Source of the DNA: Candidatus Krumholzibacteriia bacterium
GTDB taxonomy: Bacteria > Krumholzibacteriota > Krumholzibacteriia > JAJRXK01
Reading direction: 5' to 3'
DNA length: 64,000 bases
NCBI GenBank assembly: GCA_041484665.1
Contig: JBGPIA010000020.1
Location: 1-64,000, forward strand
Positions 58,265-64,000 of this stretch are shown here, one piece after another (positions within the stretch are counted from its first letter, which is position 1; each line of letters starts with the position of its first letter). The notes below the pieces were generated by a model, which worked only from the letters and a program-made list of their open reading frames with translations, made no database searches and was not told where the DNA came from. The position numbers and the translations under genes were made by a program.

Positions 58265-59173
58265 ATGCCCGAGCAGAGAACGCTTCCGACGCAACCCTCC
58301 CCGACGGGCGGCGCTGACCGCGGGCGGCATGGGGGGGCGCTGCTGCTGGCGGGTCTGCTCGCCGTCTCGGCACTGGTTGCGGCGGCGCTTCCTCCCGCCG
58401 CCGTCGCCCAGACCCTCGATGAGATCCTCGCCAACCACTACAAGGCCCGCGGCGGTCTTGAGAAGATCAAGGCACTGCAATCGGTCCGCATGACCGGGAA
58501 GATGATCCTACCCATGGGCATGGAGGCGCCCGTCACCATGGAGATGAAGCGCCCCATGATGATGCGTATGGACTTCTCGCTGCAGGGGCTGACCGGCACT
58601 CAGGCCTACGATGGCAAGGCCGGCTGGCAGGTGATGCCCTTCGGAGGCAAGAGCGACCCCGAGCCCATGTCCGCCGACGATCTCAAGGAATACGAGGAGC
58701 AGGCCGACATGGACGGCCTGCTGGTGGACTGGAAGTCGAAAGGCCACACCGTCGAGCTGGTTGGCAAGGAGACCGTCGAGGGCGCCGACGCCTACAAGCT
58801 CAAGATCACCATGAAGAGCGGTGACGTGCGCTACTCGTACATCGAGAGCGAGAGCTGGCTGGAGATCCGCAACGAGGGCAAGCGCAAGCACATGGGCGGC
58901 GAGGTGGAGACCGAGGCGACCTTCGGTGACTTCAAGCCGGTCGAAGGGCTGGTCTTCCCCTTCTCGGTGGAAGTCGGAGCCCACGTCGGCGACCAGAAGC
59001 AGAAGATCGTCATCGAGAAGGTCGAGCTGAACCCGGCGATCGACGCCGCGCGCTTCAAGATGCCCGCGGCCGCGCCGGCGGCTGAGGAGAAGAAGGCCGG
59101 CGCCCCTGCCGAGAAGGCCGCCGAGAAACCCGCCGAGAAGAAGGCCGAGAAGTCGCCGGAGAAGAAGGGCTAG
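58265..59173 (+). CDS. LolA-like / lipoprotein-sorting-type periplasmic protein
   Basis: Signal peptide; QTLDEIL..HY.ARGG, VELVGKE.V.G..AYKL, GDFK.VEGL.FPF, VELNPAID..RFKMP. Confidence 0.7.
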   Translation: MPEQRTLPTQPSPTGGADRGRHGGALLLAGLLAVSALVAAALPPAAVAQTLDEILANHYKARGGLEKIKALQSVRMTGKMILPMGMEAPVTMEMKRPMMMRMDFSLQGLTGTQAYDGKAGWQVMPFGGKSDPEPMSADDLKEYEEQADMDGLLVDWKSKGHTVELVGKETVEGADAYKLKITMKSGDVRYSYIESESWLEIRNEGKRKHMGGEVETEATFGDFKPVEGLVFPFSVEVGAHVGDQKQKIVIEKVELNPAIDAARFKMPAAAPAAEEKKAGAPAEKAAEKPAEKKAEKSPEKKG

Positions 59174-59206
59174 CACGCACCCCGCGCTCTCCCTTGCTTT
59201 GCGACA

Positions 59207-59233
59207 GGGGGCGGCGCGCGCAGCGCCGCCCCC
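59207..59233 (+). terminator. GC-rich hairpin between co-oriented genes
   Basis: GGGGGCGGCGC-gcgca-GCGCCGCCCCC with a weak T tail. Confidence 0.35.
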
Positions 59234-59303
59234 GCTTCTGTCCACCCCTGGCGCCCGCCTGCCCCGCCTGCGCCGCTCTCGACTCCCAAGGAGTACGGCC
59301 TCC

Positions 59304-62300
59304 ATGCGCAGCCCCTGGCCGACTCGCTTGCGGCCGTCCCGCCCCGCGCTCTTTGGCTTCGCCGCCGCCCTGATGCTCGCCGCCGCCCTGATGCTCGCCG
59401 CCGCCCTCCCGCTCACCACGACCCTGACCCTCGCCACTGCGCTGACGGACGCTGCCGCAGCGCCCGTCGCGGCGGCGCCAGCACCGACCGCGCCCGCCAA
59501 GACCGCGCCCGCCCCGCCCACCCCCGCCATCGACGTTACCTTCGACTCCGAGACGCTCGCGGGCCTCACGCCGCGATGCATCGGGCCCGCGGCCATGGCG
59601 GGCCGCATCGCGGCCATCGACGCCGTCCATGGCGAGAAGTTCACGATCTACGTGGGCGCCGCCAGCGGCGGCGTCTGGAAATCCGTGGATGGCGGCGTGA
59701 CCTTCAAGCCCGTCTTCGACAAGTACTGCCAGAGCGTCGGCGCGATCGCCATCGATCCCACCGATCCCGCGATCGTGTGGGTCGGCACGGGCGAGTCGTG
59801 GACGCGCAACAGCGTCTCGATCGGCGACGGCATCTACCGCAGCGCCGATGGCGGCGAGAGCTGGCAGAACCTCGGCCTGCACGACAGCGAGCGCATCGCG
59901 CGCATCGTGGTGGATCCTCGCAACCACGACACCGTGTACGTGGCGGCCACCGGCCATCTCTGGAACGACAACGACGAGCGAGGCGTCTACAAGACGCAAG
60001 ACGGCGGCAAGTCGTGGAGCCGCGTCCTCTACGTCGACGCCAAGACCGGTTGCGCCGACATCGCCATCGACCCCGCGGACCCCAATACGCTCTACGCCGG
60101 CATGTGGCAGTTCCGCCGGCGGCCCGCCTTCTTCACCTCGGGCGGGCCAGGCAGTGGTCTGTACAAGACCGCCGACGGCGGCAGGACCTGGACCCGGCTC
60201 ACCAAGGGGCTGCCCGCGGGCGAGCTGGGGCGCATCGGCATCGCCGTCGCGCCGGCCAAGCCCGAGGTCGTCTATGCGGTGGTCGAGGCGAAGCGCCCGG
60301 ACAGCGGGCTCTACCGCTCCGACGACCGGGGCGCGAGTTGGACCAAGTCCAGCACCAGCGGTAACGTGGTCGTTCGCCCCTTCTACTTCGCCCACATCGT
60401 GCCCGATCCCAAGGACCCGCAGCGGATCTACAAGCCCGGCGGTTCGCTGACCGTCACCGAGGACGGCGGCATCAGCTTCGGCTCGCCGTTCCTGGGCCAG
60501 GGGGTACACGGCGATCTCCACGCGCTGTGGATCAATCCACACGATCCCCAGGAGATGGTCGTGGGCACCGACGGCGGTGTGTACATCTCGCTGGACCGCG
60601 CCAACCACTGGCGGCTGGTGGGGACGCTGCCCGTGTCGCAGTTCTACCACGTGAGCCTCGACATGGAGTGGCCCTACAACGTCTACGGCGGGCTGCAGGA
60701 CAACGGCACGTGGTCAGGGCCGTCGCGGCGCACCGCGACCGACATCGGCAATCGCCACTGGCGCAGCCTGGGCGGTGGCGATGGCTTCTGCGCGTTCGTG
60801 GACCCCACGGATCCCGACCTCGTCTACTGGGAGTACCAGGGCGGAAACGTTGCGCGCGTGTGCAAGTCCACCAACGAGAGCAAGGAGATCCAGCCGCTGC
60901 CAGGGGTGGGTGACCCCGAGTACCGCTTCAACTGGAACACGCCGCTGCACCTGAGCCCGCGCGGCGACGGGACGCTCTATATCGGCGCGCAGTTCCTGTT
61001 CCGCACGCGCGACCGCGGCGAGAACTGGGAGAAGATCTCACCGGACCTGACCACCAACGATCCGGCCCAGCAGCGCCAGGCCGAGTCGGGCGGACTCACC
61101 GTCGACAACTCCGGTGCCGAGAACCACTGCACGATCTACGCGATCTGCGAGTCGCCGCTCAACGCGCAGCTGATCTGGGTGGGCACCGACGACGGCAACC
61201 TCCAGATCACGCGCGACGGCGGCAAGTCCTGGACGAACATCGTCAAGAACGTCCCCGGGCTGCCATCCGGCACCTGGGTGTCGTCGGTGCAGGCCAGCCG
61301 CTTCGACGAGGGCACGGCCTACGCCACCTTCGACGGCCACATGACCGGCGACATGAAGACCTACGTCTACCGCACCGCCGATTGCGGCCGCACCTGGGCG
61401 CCGCTCGCGACCGACGCCCTGCACGGCTACGCCCACGTGATCAAGGAGGACTTGGTCGAGCGCCGGCTGCTGTTCCTGGGAACCGAGCTGGGGCTGTTCA
61501 TCTCACCGGACGGCGGTACCCGCTGGGCGCAGCTGAAGTCCGACTTCCCCAACGTGGCGGTGCGCGACATCGCCATCCACCAGCGCGACCACGACCTGGT
61601 CCTGGCCACCCACGGACGCGGGGTCTGGATCATCGACGACCTGACGCCGCTGCGCGCCCTCACGCCCGAGGTGCTGGCGCAGGATGCGGCACTGCTGCCG
61701 TCGCGTCCGTCGGAGATGGTGATCCCGGCTTCCGAGCAGCGCTTCGATGCCGACGACCAGTACGCCGCGCCCAGCCCCGAAGGCAACGCCACCATCGCGT
61801 ACTATCTGAAGAAGAGGCACATGTTCGGCGAGCTGAAGCTGGAGATCTACGACGCGAAGGACTCGCTGATCTCGTCGCTGCCGGGCGGCAAGCGGCGCGG
61901 GCTGAATCGCATCGGCTGGCCCATGCGCTTGCGCCCCCCCAAGGTCCCGCGGGCGGACACCCTGGTGCCGCAGGCGTTCTCGTTCGTAGGGCCGCGGGTG
62001 CCCGAGGGGACCTACAAGGTGAAGCTGGTCAAGGGCGACGCGAGCCTGATCTCCACCGTGGCGCTGGTGGCCGACCCGCGCTCGCAGCACTCGGTGGCCG
62101 ACCGCGCCCTCCAGCAGCAGACCGCAATGCGTCTGTACAGGATGCTCGAGCGGCTTGCCTGGACCGTCGAATCGATCGTCGGCGTGCAGGACCAGGCCAA
62201 GTCCCGCGCAGGGAGCCTGAAGAAGGGTGACGCCCTGGCCAAGCGGTTGATCACGCTGAACGATACGATCGAGGCCCTGCGCAAGGATCTGGTGGCCACG

Positions 62301-62576
62301 CAGGCGGGCGGCATGATCACCGGCGAGCGCAAGCTGCGCGAGCGGCTCGGCAGCCTCTACGGCGCCATCAACGGCAACGACGGTCGCCCCACCGGTTCGC
62401 AGCTGTCGTACACGGCGGTGCTGGGACAGAAGGTCGATCAAGCCGTGGCGCGCTGGGATGCGCTGATCCAGCACGATGTGGCGCCGGCCAACGACGCGCT
62501 GGGCCGCAAGAAGATGGACCCCCTGAAGGTGCTGACCCGCGAGGAGTGGGAGAAGCAGAAGGAGTCGGTGAAGTGA
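59304..62576 (+). CDS. Secreted VPS10/BNR-repeat glycosyl-hydrolase-like protein
   Basis: AAGGAG RBS; signal peptide; IGPA.MAGRI, WVGTGE, many S.DGG..W boxes, GGLQDNG, RFNWN.P, ATHGRG. Confidence 0.9.
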   Translation: MRSPWPTRLRPSRPALFGFAAALMLAAALMLAAALPLTTTLTLATALTDAAAAPVAAAPAPTAPAKTAPAPPTPAIDVTFDSETLAGLTPRCIGPAAMAGRIAAIDAVHGEKFTIYVGAASGGVWKSVDGGVTFKPVFDKYCQSVGAIAIDPTDPAIVWVGTGESWTRNSVSIGDGIYRSADGGESWQNLGLHDSERIARIVVDPRNHDTVYVAATGHLWNDNDERGVYKTQDGGKSWSRVLYVDAKTGCADIAIDPADPNTLYAGMWQFRRRPAFFTSGGPGSGLYKTADGGRTWTRLTKGLPAGELGRIGIAVAPAKPEVVYAVVEAKRPDSGLYRSDDRGASWTKSSTSGNVVVRPFYFAHIVPDPKDPQRIYKPGGSLTVTEDGGISFGSPFLGQGVHGDLHALWINPHDPQEMVVGTDGGVYISLDRANHWRLVGTLPVSQFYHVSLDMEWPYNVYGGLQDNGTWSGPSRRTATDIGNRHWRSLGGGDGFCAFVDPTDPDLVYWEYQGGNVARVCKSTNESKEIQPLPGVGDPEYRFNWNTPLHLSPRGDGTLYIGAQFLFRTRDRGENWEKISPDLTTNDPAQQRQAESGGLTVDNSGAENHCTIYAICESPLNAQLIWVGTDDGNLQITRDGGKSWTNIVKNVPGLPSGTWVSSVQASRFDEGTAYATFDGHMTGDMKTYVYRTADCGRTWAPLATDALHGYAHVIKEDLVERRLLFLGTELGLFISPDGGTRWAQLKSDFPNVAVRDIAIHQRDHDLVLATHGRGVWIIDDLTPLRALTPEVLAQDAALLPSRPSEMVIPASEQRFDADDQYAAPSPEGNATIAYYLKKRHMFGELKLEIYDAKDSLISSLPGGKRRGLNRIGWPMRLRPPKVPRADTLVPQAFSFVGPRVPEGTYKVKLVKGDASLISTVALVADPRSQHSVADRALQQQTAMRLYRMLERLAWTVESIVGVQDQAKSRAGSLKKGDALAKRLITLNDTIEALRKDLVATQAGGMITGERKLRERLGSLYGAINGNDGRPTGSQLSYTAVLGQKVDQAVARWDALIQHDVAPANDALGRKKMDPLKVLTREEWEKQKESVK

Positions 62577-63178
62577 GAGGACGGCTGGAATCAACGCTGG
62601 TTTCCCTGCGGCGCGGCGCGAAGGCGCGAGCTGCGGCGGGCAGCGCGAGCGGCGTGGGCGGCGCGGACGCACCGCGCGCCGTGGGCGCGGCGATCTCGGC
62701 GCTGGCGGTCATCGCGCCGACTGCGGCGCTGGCTCTGCTCGCAACGCTGGTGACGCTCGCGGCGGCGCAGCCGGCGGCCCCCGCAGCCGAACCGTTCGAC
62801 GAGCAACTCGCCATCTCGGGGCTGCAGGAGCGGATCGCGGGGCACGAGAACGACCCCTCCGAGACCGTCTTCCAGAGCATCCAGGTCATGAAGGGCGTGC
62901 CCGCGGAGCGCCTGTTGCGCATCATGGAGACGGGGTTCGGCCGCTCGCTGGGCGTGAACTGCACGCACTGCCACGTCGCCGGCAAGTGGGAGTCGGAGGA
63001 GAAGTCCACCAAGCAGATCACCCGTCAGATGATGCAGATGGTGCAGACCATCAACGCCATCGAGCTCCCGAAGATCAAAGGCCTCAAGAGCGACAAGCCG
63101 GCCGTCAACTGCACGACCTGCCATCGCGGAGAAGTGAAGCCAGCGTTGGACTTGGCGGATAAGACCTCACAAAAATGA
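62573..63178 (+). CDS. Di-haem c-type cytochrome (short PufC-like family)
   Basis: GTGA overlap; F.SIQVMKG, SLGVNCTHCH, VNCTTCHRG. Confidence 0.85.
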   Translation: MRGRLESTLVSLRRGAKARAAAGSASGVGGADAPRAVGAAISALAVIAPTAALALLATLVTLAAAQPAAPAAEPFDEQLAISGLQERIAGHENDPSETVFQSIQVMKGVPAERLLRIMETGFGRSLGVNCTHCHVAGKWESEEKSTKQITRQMMQMVQTINAIELPKIKGLKSDKPAVNCTTCHRGEVKPALDLADKTSQK

Positions 63179-63422
63179 TATGCACGTCCGCGGGCCGTGG
63201 GCGCAGACGCTCGCGGCCCAGGGCCAACGCCCGCGACCGGCGGCCCACGGCCTGCGCCCACGACCGGCGGTGTCGCCGCCGCCCAGTCCGCCTGCCGTCT
63301 CCCGTCTCCCGTCTGTCGCCGCCGGCCCCGTCCTTGCCACTGCACCGCAGCGGGGCACGCTTCTTGCGCCCGCGACGTCTGGATCCACGCTTTCACACGA
63401 ATTCCGGGTTCTCGTCCAGACC

Positions 63423-64000
63423 GTGCCCGACCGGAGACTCCCCCCGCCGGTGTCCGGAGTTTGGCTCCTGGCGCTGTGTCTGCTGTCGGCCACCGGCCGC
63501 GCGCACGCGCAGCATTACGTCTTCCAGAACTACACCGGCGACGACGGCCTCTCCCAGCTGTCGGGCAACGCGTTGTTCCAGGACCGTGACGGCTACATCT
63601 GGATCGGGACGCAAGGTGGGCTGAGCCGGCACGACGGCGCGTCGTTCGAGAACTTCTCAACGGCGGATGGGCTCGACAGCGATTGGATCAACGCCATCGC
63701 GCAGAGCCAGGACGGCACCCTCTGGTTCGGAACGAATACCGGCCTGAGCGCCTGGCAGCGAGCGAGCGGCTTCCGTAACTGGCGCGTGCTGGAGCTCGGT
63801 GACGCGGCGCACGTGCTGGACCTGGCTGTCGCTTCTGACGGGCTCCTGTGGTGCGCGACCGACCAGGGACTGTTCTCGTTCGACGGCGCCCACTTCATTG
63901 CGGTCGGCGCCGAGCAGGGTCTGCCGGCCGGACGGGTCGATGCCCTGCTGTGCGGACCCGGCGAGCAGCTCTACGCCGGCACGCCGAGCGGGATCTTCGC
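63423..64000 (+). CDS. Two-component-regulator beta-propeller sensor, partial (start uncertain)
   Basis: Absent from the ORF track. Frame 3 reads FQNYTGDDGLSQ..LFQDRDGYIWIGTQGGLSR.DG..F.NFSTADGL. Confidence 0.85.
   Translation, partial: MPDRRLPPPVSGVWLLALCLLSATGRAHAQHYVFQNYTGDDGLSQLSGNALFQDRDGYIWIGTQGGLSRHDGASFENFSTADGLDSDWINAIAQSQDGTLWFGTNTGLSAWQRASGFRNWRVLELGDAAHVLDLAVASDGLLWCATDQGLFSFDGAHFIAVGAEQGLPAGRVDALLCGPGEQLYAGTPSGIF

Noticed and set aside
59361..59407. 18-nt repeat (AAALML x2) in a signal peptide
   Set aside because: In-frame slippage in a hydrophobic leader with no evident functional consequence.
62573..63178. Photosynthesis gene (pufC)
   Set aside because: Only two CxxCH motifs and no pufLM or bch genes; short homologues occur in non-phototrophs.

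Overview
Very GC-rich bacterial chromosome segment that contains the replication origin. Secreted proteins ending in FlgD-Ig 'PNPFNP' domains or a 'WGxIKxLF' tail suggest an FCB-group candidate lineage such as Eisenbacteria, Krumholzibacteriota or Latescibacterota (inference only). The right half is the ori region. On the minus strand are a GTPase, bactofilin, an M23 peptidase, parB, parA, a dense array of 10 parS palindromes, rsmG, jag, yidC, yidD, rnpA and rpmH. On the plus strand are dnaA, oriC, dnaN, recF, dciA, gyrB and gyrA, then a LolA-like protein, a VPS10/BNR hydrolase, a di-haem cytochrome and a partial propeller sensor. The left half holds large secreted enzymes, housekeeping genes and an ECF sigma/anti-sigma/Spy cassette. 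The best candidate for an undescribed system is the 17.6-28.9 kb cluster. It contains a signal-less gluzincin peptidase translationally coupled to an MBL-fold hydrolase, a Nal1-like serine protease, a signal-less beta-propeller, a 4-TM protein, a lipoprotein pair, an ACP-like protein lacking the carrier serine and a probable beta-barrel. Two small genes in the cluster each copy the N-terminal segment of the neighbouring large protein. All calls come from motif recognition by eye, with no searches run, and several start codons are my best choice based on RBS position.
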